Below, piece after piece: positions 1 through 8,232 of a stretch of 64,000 nucleotides of DNA (position 1 is its first letter; each line of letters begins with the position of its first letter). The position numbers were made by a program, and so were the translations under genes. Below the pieces are notes generated by a model. It saw only the letters and a program-made list of their open reading frames with translations, was not told where the DNA came from and ran no database searches. Source of the DNA: Candidatus Bathyarchaeota archaeon (GTDB lineage: Archaea > Thermoproteota > Bathyarchaeia > 40CM-2-53-6); NCBI GenBank assembly GCA_005888745.1, contig VBBS01000027.1:55045-119044 (forward strand), in the 5' to 3' direction.

Positions 1-147
1 ATCGTCCAAGATAATGCACGGATACGGTATCTCCCTTCTGTGCTTTCAGATCCGTCGAGTTCAACTCGAATCTTGAGCCTGAACCGTTAGGCCTCGTAAA
101 TAGCTAACGGTGGTGCCGTAGTCAAGAAGGGCGCATCTTAATACGCG

Positions 148-453
148 ATGGGCATGTCTAGTTACCTCATGATGGCTGAGAGACAGAAGTACAAAGCAAG
201 GTTCACGAGCAAACTTCCCAACGGAGACTTTCTCGGCCTGACGGTATGGCCGGGAAAGAGCGACCCTAACGCTGAGGTGTTGACCATCCAGATTCGACGT
301 CAAGGAAGTGCCGGCTGGGAAACTGTTCATCGAATAGCAATCTATCGGACCTCCGATGGCAGATACTCTCTCCTGCCGGAGCGGACTCCAGCTTCGCAAC
401 CTGCGAAGGCCGAGCCGGTCGGCGCCGACGAATCGAGCGAGTCGTTCGAATAA
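148..453 (+). CDS. hypothetical small protein
   Basis: 101-aa ATG ORF with a beta-strand-like core (EVLTIQIRRQGSAGWETVHRIAIYRTSDGRYSLL) and an acidic/Pro-rich tail. No family recognised. The antisense ORF 61..399 is judged a shadow. Confidence 0.35.
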   Translation: MGMSSYLMMAERQKYKARFTSKLPNGDFLGLTVWPGKSDPNAEVLTIQIRRQGSAGWETVHRIAIYRTSDGRYSLLPERTPASQPAKAEPVGADESSESFE

Positions 454-520
454 AAGGTCCCGAGAACCCTTCAGGGTTATAACGCAGGGTCAGATAACCG
501 TTGGCACGTCGGGAAGCACA

Positions 521-922
521 TTGGCTACAAGCGAGGTTATTCTAGAGGAAACGCCTTACCTCAACCTAACTACTAAGGGTCGACGGACCAGCTTGTCTCG
601 CACCGTCGAACTCTGGTTCGCTTTCGAAGATGGAAAGCTGTACTTCTTAGCTCATGAAAATTCTGATTGGTGGAAAAACGTGAAGAAGACCCCCAGGGTG
701 GAGATTGAAGTTGGGGAGATACTTTTCGAGGGAAGCGGAAGTCTTGCTCAGGAGAAGCTCGACTATGTATTCGACCTCTTTCGACGGAAATATGGTGACG
801 ATCAAGTAAACAGATGGTATGGCGGCCAACGGTCCAACCGTAGAGTTGTCTCAGTGGACCTTGGAAGAGTCCTGGGCAAACGACCATCTGAGAAGATGCG
901 GCCTATTGAACTGGCAGCGTGA
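521..922 (+). CDS. split-barrel PNPOx-like protein of the DUF385 / deazaflavin-dependent nitroreductase type
   Basis: The C-terminal ~130 aa of ORF 356..922 show the family pattern LNLTTKGRRTS..R.V.LWF..EDGKLYFLAH..SDWWKNV...PRVEIEVG. The 5' part of the long ORF overlaps 148..453, so in-frame TTG 521 is the more plausible start. ACG 482 and ACG 506 are also in frame. Confidence 0.55.
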   Translation: MATSEVILEETPYLNLTTKGRRTSLSRTVELWFAFEDGKLYFLAHENSDWWKNVKKTPRVEIEVGEILFEGSGSLAQEKLDYVFDLFRRKYGDDQVNRWYGGQRSNRRVVSVDLGRVLGKRPSEKMRPIELAA

Positions 923-1001
923 AAATCCTAGAGAACGAAGCCTCAACAGCTGACCCGATAGTCATATAGCAGGTTCACTCTAGAGAGCTGCTGGATTTAC
1001 G

Positions 1002-1265
1002 ATGGCTTACGGTTTAGCCGAAGGTTTCAGAAAGACCGCAATAAGGCTCGGTGGCAAAAAGAAGAACCGCGCGGTTATTGTTGCGACTTTTGGAAACCAT
1101 TTCACCTTGAACGATGCCCTAGAAAAGTTTCGCGCGGAAGGTTTGCGCTTCGAGACGGAGAAGGGCCATATTGTCAAGATTTTCCTGGACAAGAACACAG
1201 AAGAGAGAGCTGAGAAAGTGCGCAAGATCATACGCGAAGGTTTCGGCTACGTAGAACCTCTTTAG
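1002..1265 (+). CDS. hypothetical small basic protein
   Basis: 87-aa ATG ORF. No motif recognised. The antisense ORF 1007..1231 looks like a shadow. Confidence 0.4.
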   Translation: MAYGLAEGFRKTAIRLGGKKKNRAVIVATFGNHFTLNDALEKFRAEGLRFETEKGHIVKIFLDKNTEERAEKVRKIIREGFGYVEPL

Positions 1266-1398
1266 CCCACCGCAATCTTCCACATCGTCACATCCATATT
1301 TTTGTTGAAGAAAGGAACCGGCAACAACGTGCTTAGACGTGACCGTCTACAAAACTTCAGCCTGAATATGTCTGGCTTGCCCAAGTTAGGGTTTTATC

Positions 1399-1614
1399 AT
1401 GGCCCGACCAGATGCGTTTCGCACCTCCATGTCTCTTCCCAAGCCCGGTGACAACGTCAAGGTGACATTGATGAGCGGCGAAACAATCGAGGGTATTGTA
1501 GAATGGATCGATGGAGCGGGCGCATGGGTCAAAGGTACCCAGAAGAGCCGATGGGTGCCCCTAGAAGCATTCCAACCGCAAACGCAGCAAGCAGATCCAA
1601 AAGACGATGAGTAA
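1399..1614 (+). CDS. hypothetical small protein (possible SH3/Sm-like beta fold)
   Basis: 71-aa ATG ORF with KPGDNVKVTLMSGETIEGIVEWIDGAGAWVKG, typical of small beta-barrel proteins. This is inference only. Confidence 0.4.
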   Translation: MARPDAFRTSMSLPKPGDNVKVTLMSGETIEGIVEWIDGAGAWVKGTQKSRWVPLEAFQPQTQQADPKDDE

Positions 1615-1650
1615 CTAGTCCTGTGAAACTGTGTCCATGTGAGGACGAGG

Positions 1651-2997
1651 CTATTTTACGAAAACGAGCCCTTTCCCGGAGTCTATCTCGAAAGTCTCCG
1701 TGTCAAGCTTTGACGCGGACCCGTTCAGCTTCCGGACCTTCAATTCTCGCCCGTTCGGATCAGAATCGTCCTTGTCCAGATCGATAACGCACGAAGCCGT
1801 ATCCTCCAACCACTTCAACACATCCTTAGGAGCTTTCGAGAGATCCACCGTCAGGACCAGTGTCACACTCGAATCTCGCAGCTTGTCCAGCATCTCGCTC
1901 AATCGCTTGACAAGATCCTTGGGCGCAACCTTCGCAACAACCGGATCGATGGAGTCGAACAGAATCTTGGTCTTCTCGCCGATAAACATGGAACTATTCT
2001 TGACGAGGGCGTCCTGTATCGAATCGAAGTCAAACGCCTTCTCAACATAGTAAGGCTCAAAACTGAACGAGTCGGACTGCGACGAGAACCCGTCCACCAG
2101 TAAGAACCTGTATTGAGACTCGGCCTCCGAAGGATCCGCGCCCATCTTCTTCATCTGCTCCCTGAGCGCCGCCGGCGCCTTATCGTAAGTAACGAACATG
2201 CAAGGGTTTCCATGCTTCAGAAAACTGCTCGCGAGTCCGGAGCACAAAGTCGTTTTCCCAGAGCCTGGACTGCCATTCACAACCACGAGACCGGAAGATT
2301 CGAGGTTTCCTTGGGTAAGCTCGAAGATGTGGTCGAAACTCTGAGAGACCCTTGGAGCGCTGGGACGTTTCTGAGCCTCTTCTCGAGTCGGTTTCTCCGG
2401 CTTGTCGGCAGAGGGTGGGTAGAATTTCGGTTGGACAGTTTCCTTTGTAGGTTGCTCCACAGATTCGGGAGTTTTCATGGAGCGGACTGGAGTCGCTGGC
2501 TGTGGAGGTGCAACACTTGGCTTGTCTGGCTCAGGACCTTTCTTTCCGCCTGGAATGATCGTCATCGGCCTGCTTGTGGGGGTTGCTCTGGGTGGCACCC
2601 ATTCTGGACTGCTCTGCAGCGCGAACCCTCTCGGCTGCTCCCCGCCAAACGAGTTCGCATCGGGTGGCAAATCTTTGAGCAGAGATTGAAGCAGTCTACT
2701 GAGAGAACTATCCTCGTCTGCCTGGGTAGGAGCGGGGGAGCTTCTCGGAGGCTGATAGAAACTGGTGCTCATGGGTTGAGGGCTGGGAGGAGTAGGTGAG
2801 CTTGATGAAATAGGAGGAGCTTGGACCGGAGTCGACGTGACAGGAGGGGTAGGTGCCGACGTTGATACTGATGTGGACGCATCTTCCGTTCCCTGGCCTT
2901 CTTTCTCGTCTTTCTTCTTGCGTCCGAACATGGTGAGTATTCCTATAACAGTGAAAAGGGTCCAGATGGGATCCAGACTTGCAAGTTGGACTAGCAT
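1651..2997 (-). CDS. membrane-anchored KaiC/RecA-superfamily ATPase with a long Pro/Ser/Thr-rich linker
   Basis: N-terminal hydrophobic helix (DPIWTLFTVIGILTMFG), then about 180 aa of P/S/T/Q low complexity. The C-terminal domain has Walker A VVNGSPGSGKTT and a Walker-B-like FLLVDGFSS, resembling single-domain KaiC/FlaH-like ATPases. Confidence 0.6.
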   Translation of the reverse strand: MLVQLASLDPIWTLFTVIGILTMFGRKKKDEKEGQGTEDASTSVSTSAPTPPVTSTPVQAPPISSSSPTPPSPQPMSTSFYQPPRSSPAPTQADEDSSLSRLLQSLLKDLPPDANSFGGEQPRGFALQSSPEWVPPRATPTSRPMTIIPGGKKGPEPDKPSVAPPQPATPVRSMKTPESVEQPTKETVQPKFYPPSADKPEKPTREEAQKRPSAPRVSQSFDHIFELTQGNLESSGLVVVNGSPGSGKTTLCSGLASSFLKHGNPCMFVTYDKAPAALREQMKKMGADPSEAESQYRFLLVDGFSSQSDSFSFEPYYVEKAFDFDSIQDALVKNSSMFIGEKTKILFDSIDPVVAKVAPKDLVKRLSEMLDKLRDSSVTLVLTVDLSKAPKDVLKWLEDTASCVIDLDKDDSDPNGRELKVRKLNGSASKLDTETFEIDSGKGLVFVK

Positions 2998-3178
2998 TCG
3001 TTCAACCCATACCTAGTGATCATTCACTCTCATCCAAGGATTCTTGTCTCTCAGGAAGTATCTCGAACAGGAGAACACAGCATGAGTTGTTCTTGGATAG
3101 GAGTGATGTTACCTTAGTGAATGGTCATCGGAAACAGCCTAGATACCACACGCACTCCAATATTATTCATCACTAGAA

Positions 3179-3751
3179 CTATCTCTTTGTCTTCAGAATA
3201 TCCGACTTTGTCAGAATGCCGACAAGGTTCTCACCCTTCGAAACGAGGACGCCGTAGTTGCTCTGCAAAAGTCCTAGAACCAGATCGAGTGGAGTATCGC
3301 TGTTGACCACTGGTAATGGCGAATCCATGATCTCGCGAACCTTGAGGCCCAGGACAGATTCTAAGGACTCACCCCGAGCAGCCCGATCAAGAATCGTTTT
3401 CTCCGAAATGCTTCCGACACATCTTCCGCTTTCGAAAACAGGAAGCTGCGAATAGCCCCTACGTCGCATCAAGTCAACAGCATCCCGTACAAGCTGTGTT
3501 CTGGCCACGGAAACGACGGGACGACTAATGAGCTCATCCACCCGACGCGCGGGGCTCTCGACCCCCGCCCTTTCCAAGGCGCCGAACAGTCTCTGAACGA
3601 TAGAATAAGATGGGTCCACGGAACCGGCTTCTATCTTTGCTATAATCGACTGACTTACTCCAGCGGATACAGCGAGTCTCGACTGTGTTAGTCCCAGCTC
3701 TTTCCTCTTCTTCGGAATCTCCCCCAACGACGGTAGCATGCCCCCGAACAT
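3179..3751 (-). CDS. transcriptional regulator, XRE-type HTH fused to a CBS-domain pair
   Basis: N-terminal RKELGLTQSRLAVSAGVSQSIIAKIE (HTH_3-like), followed by two CBS-like repeats (VVSVARTQLVRDAVDLMRRRGYSQLPV.. and VVNSDTPLDLVLGLL..YGVLV..LVGILTKSDIL). Confidence 0.75.
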   Translation of the reverse strand: MFGGMLPSLGEIPKKRKELGLTQSRLAVSAGVSQSIIAKIEAGSVDPSYSIVQRLFGALERAGVESPARRVDELISRPVVSVARTQLVRDAVDLMRRRGYSQLPVFESGRCVGSISEKTILDRAARGESLESVLGLKVREIMDSPLPVVNSDTPLDLVLGLLQSNYGVLVSKGENLVGILTKSDILKTKR

Positions 3752-3766
3752 GTTGGACCGTGCTCT

Positions 3767-3782
3767 TATTCCTATCGGAATA
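3767..3782. promoter_or_regulatory. operator-like perfect palindrome TATTCC-N4-GGAATA (site 1)
   Basis: TATTCCTATCGGAATA, 16 nt upstream of the regulator ATG (3751, minus strand), in the divergent intergenic region. Confidence 0.5.
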
Positions 3783-3791
3783 CATTAGGGC

Positions 3792-3807
3792 TATTCCTAA
3801 CGGAATA
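3792..3807. promoter_or_regulatory. operator-like perfect palindrome TATTCC-N4-GGAATA (site 2)
   Basis: TATTCCTAACGGAATA, 25 bp from site 1 and just upstream of the TATA-like element of the metE-like operon. Confidence 0.5.
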
Positions 3808-3822
3808 TGAGTACGATAGAAC

Positions 3823-3830
3823 TTATATAA
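3823..3830 (+). promoter_or_regulatory. TATA-box-like element for the metE-like operon
   Basis: TTATATAA ends 28 nt upstream of ATG 3858. This spacing fits an archaeal promoter with a very short or absent leader. Confidence 0.4.
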
Positions 3831-3857
3831 TTAGAATAACGAAACGGCAACGAAAAC

Positions 3858-4841
3858 ATGTCTCCGGAAATCCAGCTTGCGGGAATTCACCCGCGGTCAG
3901 AGAGGCTAATTGAACTCACCCGGTCGTATGAGCGGGCAAAAGCTAGCTGGAGCCAAGTAGAAGTCCAACTTGGGCAGGAGACAAGGGAAGTCATCAAGCT
4001 TCAGGAGAGCCTCGGCTTCAAGCACTTTTCCGACGGTTCCTTAGACTGGCAGGACCAACTTAGACCTGTCACGCGATCTCTGAAAGGAGTGGAGTCTGGA
4101 ACCCGATACTCAAGATGGTTTGACACTAATACATTCTACCAAAAACCCATCATCGTAGGCAAGATTTCCGCCGGCGACATCGACCCCAAGAACTTTCTTC
4201 GAGCCGAACTCTTGACAGAGAAAAGGGGTCGAAAAGTCACTCTCCCCGGACCGTACACATTCTCTCAACTGTCAGAAAACAAGCACTACAAGAATTATGC
4301 TGATTTGCTCTTCGACATTGCAATTGCCGAGCTCGAGATTATTCGGAGGCTCAAGAACGAGGGCGTTACCCTCTTCCAACTATCGGAGCCCTGTTTAGTC
4401 TATCAACCCTACAGGGAGAGCTTCAGGGACCATTCAGAAGTTGAGCAAGCCCTTGGAGCAATCCGTTCCCTAGTAAGAGAGAAGCCAGGAGACTTTCTGG
4501 TCCAGACCTATTTCGGCGACGCTGCCCCCTTACTCCCTGACCTTTTAGATCTGCCGGTCTTCGGTGTTGGAATTGACCTGTTCGAAACTGACGTTTCGTC
4601 GCTCAGCGAACAGGAAAAGACTTCGAAGGCACTCGTGTTGGGAGTTGTCGACTCACGTGAATCCTTCGTTGAAAATCCGAATTGGATCGCTGCCACGGCG
4701 AGGAAATTCTCCGAGAAAGTAGATGCCCGCGACCTGGTTTTTGCTTCCAATTCAGACCTGAAATTTGTGCCTCAAGGGATCGCGAACCAAAAGTTGGAGG
4801 CGCTGTCTAAGGCATCGGAACTGTTCGAGGAGAGCCGATAG
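3858..4841 (+). CDS. cobalamin-independent methionine synthase (MetE) N-terminal-barrel-like protein
   Basis: 327 aa with MetE/UROD-type barrel similarity and no obvious Zn ligands. It lies directly upstream of, and abuts (TAG then ATG), the catalytic MetE-like gene. Confidence 0.6.
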   Translation: MSPEIQLAGIHPRSERLIELTRSYERAKASWSQVEVQLGQETREVIKLQESLGFKHFSDGSLDWQDQLRPVTRSLKGVESGTRYSRWFDTNTFYQKPIIVGKISAGDIDPKNFLRAELLTEKRGRKVTLPGPYTFSQLSENKHYKNYADLLFDIAIAELEIIRRLKNEGVTLFQLSEPCLVYQPYRESFRDHSEVEQALGAIRSLVREKPGDFLVQTYFGDAAPLLPDLLDLPVFGVGIDLFETDVSSLSEQEKTSKALVLGVVDSRESFVENPNWIAATARKFSEKVDARDLVFASNSDLKFVPQGIANQKLEALSKASELFEESR

Positions 4842-6047
4842 ATGCCGAAGCTCTTCCCCGTTCAAGAGATAGGGAGTCTCGCAAAGCCCAAGTGGAGAAC
4901 GAAGGGGTTGCGACAACAACTCTCTTCGCAGGACCTCTCCGAGGCTGAAGAATGGGCTACGAAGCTGGGAATTCAGGACTTCCATGACCGAGCAAAGAGC
5001 ATTTTCAAGACCGGTGACGACAAGATGCGGGTCAAAGCGATTCTTGAACTCTCCACCTTGTATGGGCTGCGCCTCTTCGAAATCGCGGGTGTAGACAACG
5101 AAGGTGTCGGGGGAGAACAGCAACGAGTCGAAATGTACGAGCACGTAATCAAGGCCGTACAGGGAATGAACCTCCTCGGCCACGTCCACTCCTTTGACAA
5201 CAAGTACTTCAACAAGGGAGTTGCAGAGTCGAAGATCTCTAGAAAACATCCTATCTACGTGCCTGAATTTCTTGATGTCAAGAAATACGCCCACCGGGAC
5301 GTGAAGGTGCCGATTACCGGACCGTACACACTAGTAGACTGGTCCTTTAGCGGGTACTACATCCAGAAGCAACACGCCTCCTCTCCCAAGACACGGAGGA
5401 TCGAGGCAAAGCGCGAATTCCTCCTCGATATCGTAGAGCAAGTCATACGACCCGAGATCCGAGACCTAGTTGATGCGGGAGCCTCTTGGATACAGATAGA
5501 TGAGCCGGCGGTGACTACTCATCCAGAACCTCAGGAAATGGAGCTTTTCGTTGAGGCGTGGAATGAAACGGTCAAAGGGTTCAACTGCAAATTCAGTGAC
5601 CACACGTGCTACCCATCCGAGATAGGATACAAAGTGCTCTCGGAATACGCGCCGAAGCTAGACAAGTGCGACCAGCTCGCGTTGGAGTTCGCCAACCGAG
5701 ACACTTCGCGTCTTGGAGTCGACAAGGACTCGCGGGAAGGCTACGGCGACCTCAAACATTTCGTCGATGCTGGTTTCAGCGGAGAATTCGGGCTCGGTGT
5801 CGCCCACGTACACGATTTCACAGGAAACGTGTCCTCCGGTGCAGGAAAATCCGTGGGACGAGACTTTATCGAGTCTCCGGAGCTAGTGCGGGACCGTCTT
5901 CTGTTCGCTACCAGGATTGTAGGGGATCCGGCGAAAATCTGGGCGAACCCAGACTGTGGACTTCGGACCAGAACTTGGGATGTGGCCTTCGCGAAGCTCG
6001 CAAACGTCACGCATGGAGCCGAACTGGCAAGGGAGACATACCAGTGA
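4842..6047 (+). CDS. metE: cobalamin-independent methionine synthase catalytic-domain protein (MetE C-terminal type)
   Basis: Zn-ligand pattern of MetE: DHTCY (H-x-C), LALEFAN (Glu) and NPDCGLRTR (Cys). The N-terminus EIGSLAKPKW is typical of short archaeal MetE homologues. Confidence 0.75.
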   Translation: MPKLFPVQEIGSLAKPKWRTKGLRQQLSSQDLSEAEEWATKLGIQDFHDRAKSIFKTGDDKMRVKAILELSTLYGLRLFEIAGVDNEGVGGEQQRVEMYEHVIKAVQGMNLLGHVHSFDNKYFNKGVAESKISRKHPIYVPEFLDVKKYAHRDVKVPITGPYTLVDWSFSGYYIQKQHASSPKTRRIEAKREFLLDIVEQVIRPEIRDLVDAGASWIQIDEPAVTTHPEPQEMELFVEAWNETVKGFNCKFSDHTCYPSEIGYKVLSEYAPKLDKCDQLALEFANRDTSRLGVDKDSREGYGDLKHFVDAGFSGEFGLGVAHVHDFTGNVSSGAGKSVGRDFIESPELVRDRLLFATRIVGDPAKIWANPDCGLRTRTWDVAFAKLANVTHGAELARETYQ

Positions 6048-6949
6048 GACTAGGTGATCGGGCGAGGCGTCATAACCTCGTTACGGTTGAACTTATTCCG
6101 GACAGAGTGGTTACTAGCGATTTGGCTCTCCTTAGGGGAAGAGTTGACGCTATCACCGTTCCGGCCTTGCGGAATGGCCATAATGACCCAAGTTATCCAA
6201 AGTCTTTCGCGATAACGCCCCAACGCCGAAGTCTTGCTTCCGCATCTATCATCAATAAGGCTGGGATAACCGCTGTTCCCTCGCTAACATGTCGTGATTG
6301 CAGCAGGCTGGACTTGTCAACTGTCTCGAACCAAGTGGAACAAGGGCTTGAGAACGTACTGATAGTCTACGGGGACCCTTATCCAGAGCCTCGTCCCGGG
6401 ACCTATGAGTTCACCAAAACGAACGAGCTAATTCGGGAGGTCTCCTCCCTAAACGACGGAAACGACCCATGCATTGGGGCAGTGACAAACCAACACGCTG
6501 ACAACAGGGAAGGCGAAATCTCCCGAACGATATCACGAGTAGACGCGGGCGCGGACTTTATTGTCACAAACGTCGCCTTCGACTCGGAGAGTGTACTTGA
6601 CCACAGGGATTCCCTACTGGAAGCAGGGTTAGACGTGCCACTCTTCATTCAAGTCTCTATTCCGCTCAACCTAGACAATGTGTTGTTTGTGAGCCAGAAA
6701 TTCGACATACCCGTCCCGGCTCAGGTCAGGAGAAAACTTCTGGAGGATCCGACTGGAGGAAGTCTCGCTGTTGCCGCTGATGCCTACGAGGCCCTACGTG
6801 GAGAAGCGAATGGTATTCACTTCTCATACCTGTTCCGACAACGAAATCCGATTCCCACTTATCGCCATCTGCTGGAGATAATTGGGATAGCAGGCCCGAC
6901 ACTGGCTCCGCTAGCCACGTCTCCTGTGAAAACATATCCCGTTGTCTAG
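6044..6949 (+). CDS. methylenetetrahydrofolate reductase (MetF)-like protein
   Basis: VELIP...LTCRDCSRLDL..ENVLIVYGDPY..GAVTNQH..GADFIVTNVAFDSE follows the MTHFR TIM-barrel pattern. In-frame GTG 6044 overlaps the upstream TGA (GTGA). The long track ORF from 5606 is an overprinted extension. Confidence 0.65.
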   Translation: MRLGDRARRHNLVTVELIPDRVVTSDLALLRGRVDAITVPALRNGHNDPSYPKSFAITPQRRSLASASIINKAGITAVPSLTCRDCSRLDLSTVSNQVEQGLENVLIVYGDPYPEPRPGTYEFTKTNELIREVSSLNDGNDPCIGAVTNQHADNREGEISRTISRVDAGADFIVTNVAFDSESVLDHRDSLLEAGLDVPLFIQVSIPLNLDNVLFVSQKFDIPVPAQVRRKLLEDPTGGSLAVAADAYEALRGEANGIHFSYLFRQRNPIPTYRHLLEIIGIAGPTLAPLATSPVKTYPVV

Positions 6950-6983
6950 AGTTCTTCGAACGATCAGTGCAAGAATCAGAGTG

Positions 6984-7580
6984 TTAACTGTCTTGCTTGG
7001 CTGTCTCGACCGGTAGTGGAGCGTCTTCCCCAAGCTGGAGTACTTTCTTCAGTTCTTTTTTCATGAGTGATGGGTCATGGTTGAGATTGAAGTAGTCTGC
7101 GAACGTTGTAGTCGTCCTTAGCATTCTGGTTCTTCCGATCCTCTCGTCATTAATCAGGTCCATGTCCTTCAGCTGTTTCACATGGCCGTAGGCCAGTTTA
7201 CCGCGAACCCGTACCACGTAGGACTGGGTGACAGGCTGCTTCAGAGCTATGAATGATAACGTCCGAAGGGGTCCTGGTGTTAGAAGCGGTCTGTTCGCCA
7301 GTTTTCGAACGTGCTTAGCGAATTCTGCCTTTAGCTGCATGACAAAGCGTCCGTCGGGAAGTTCCACGACTTGAATCGGACTACTGGCGGTTTTGTAACG
7401 TTCAGAAACCGCCGTTGCGATTCCGCGTATCTTGTCCTCTGATCTAGCGCCTACGACAGACCCGATCATCTTCAGGTCTAGTGGTCTTCCGGATACGTAC
7501 AGTGCAGCCTCGCAGAGCTGCTGCTGTAGGTCAGCAGTTTTCTGCTGAGCTGTGTTAGTCGAAACTTGTGTTTCCGTCGT
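6984..7580 (-). CDS. scpB: segregation and condensation protein B (ScpB)
   Basis: Winged-helix ScpB pattern. The family N-terminal motif (EAALYVSGRPLDL) is encoded upstream of the first ATG (7469). The only start-like codons in the open 38-codon extension are ACG 7580 and ACG 7577. The start is uncertain. Confidence 0.75.
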   Translation of the reverse strand, partial: TTETQVSTNTAQQKTADLQQQLCEAALYVSGRPLDLKMIGSVVGARSEDKIRGIATAVSERYKTASSPIQVVELPDGRFVMQLKAEFAKHVRKLANRPLLTPGPLRTLSFIALKQPVTQSYVVRVRGKLAYGHVKQLKDMDLINDERIGRTRMLRTTTTFADYFNLNHDPSLMKKELKKVLQLGEDAPLPVETAKQDS

Positions 7581-8232
7581 CTCTCAGCTCGATTTCGATA
7601 TCACCGAACTCTAAAGGCTGGGCGAGGCCCACTCTTCCTTCTACTGCCAAGAATAGCAGCATGATGAACATTCTGACCGCTTCGAGAGGGTCTCCCTTTC
7701 CAAGGAGGGTTAGGAAGGACAATTTTGTTCGCGCGGATCCAGCTTTTGCTACTAGTCTCTGGAGAAACGCTTTGATATTCTCTTCAATCTTGACGAGGAA
7801 ATCGTCGACTTGTTCAAACACCTCGGGCGTCCTGAGAACCATCTGTGCGTTTGCCGGGAGCATTCTCTCCGCCGTCAACACCTCCAGTAATCCTTTGATG
7901 ACTTCCTCAACAGATGTGGTTGTCGACTCGTAGCGTAAGGGAAAGGATAGGGGAGGGGGAACGAAGTCTGTCGGCCTCTCGAGGGGGGGCTTCGGCGGTT
8001 CCTCCATCTTGAGGATTAGTTCTGATTTCATGCGCAGAAGGATTGCTGAAGAGAGAAGGGCTGTCCCAGAAACGGAGAAGTCGATGAACCCTCGACCCCT
8101 CATCTCATGAAGAAGCTCCTCCAGTATGTTTGCGAGGTTTACGTCCCACGGTTTGACGCGGTGAAGATGGATGAGGTCGAAGAGAACGGCATATGGTGCC
8201 TTCAGCCAGTACGCCTCTTCGTGAAGCGTCAA
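7555..8232 (-). CDS. scpA: segregation and condensation protein A (ScpA, kleisin)
   Basis: LFDLIHLHRVKPWDVNLANILEELL and the C-terminal winged helix are typical of ScpA. The start overlaps the smc stop by 4 nt. Confidence 0.8.
   Translation of the reverse strand: MTLHEEAYWLKAPYAVLFDLIHLHRVKPWDVNLANILEELLHEMRGRGFIDFSVSGTALLSSAILLRMKSELILKMEEPPKPPLERPTDFVPPPLSFPLRYESTTTSVEEVIKGLLEVLTAERMLPANAQMVLRTPEVFEQVDDFLVKIEENIKAFLQRLVAKAGSARTKLSFLTLLGKGDPLEAVRMFIMLLFLAVEGRVGLAQPLEFGDIEIELRDDGNTSFD

Noticed and set aside
61-399. 112-aa minus-strand ORF at the left end.
   Set aside because: It fully overlaps the more protein-like plus-strand ORF 148..453 and has no recognisable motif. It is treated as a shadow ORF.
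5606-6043. The 5' extension of the track ORF 5606..6949, which would give a 447-aa protein.
   Set aside because: This part is Arg-rich nonsense that overprints the well-supported MetE-like gene in another frame. MTHFR-like similarity begins only after the in-frame GTG at 6044, which overlaps the upstream stop.
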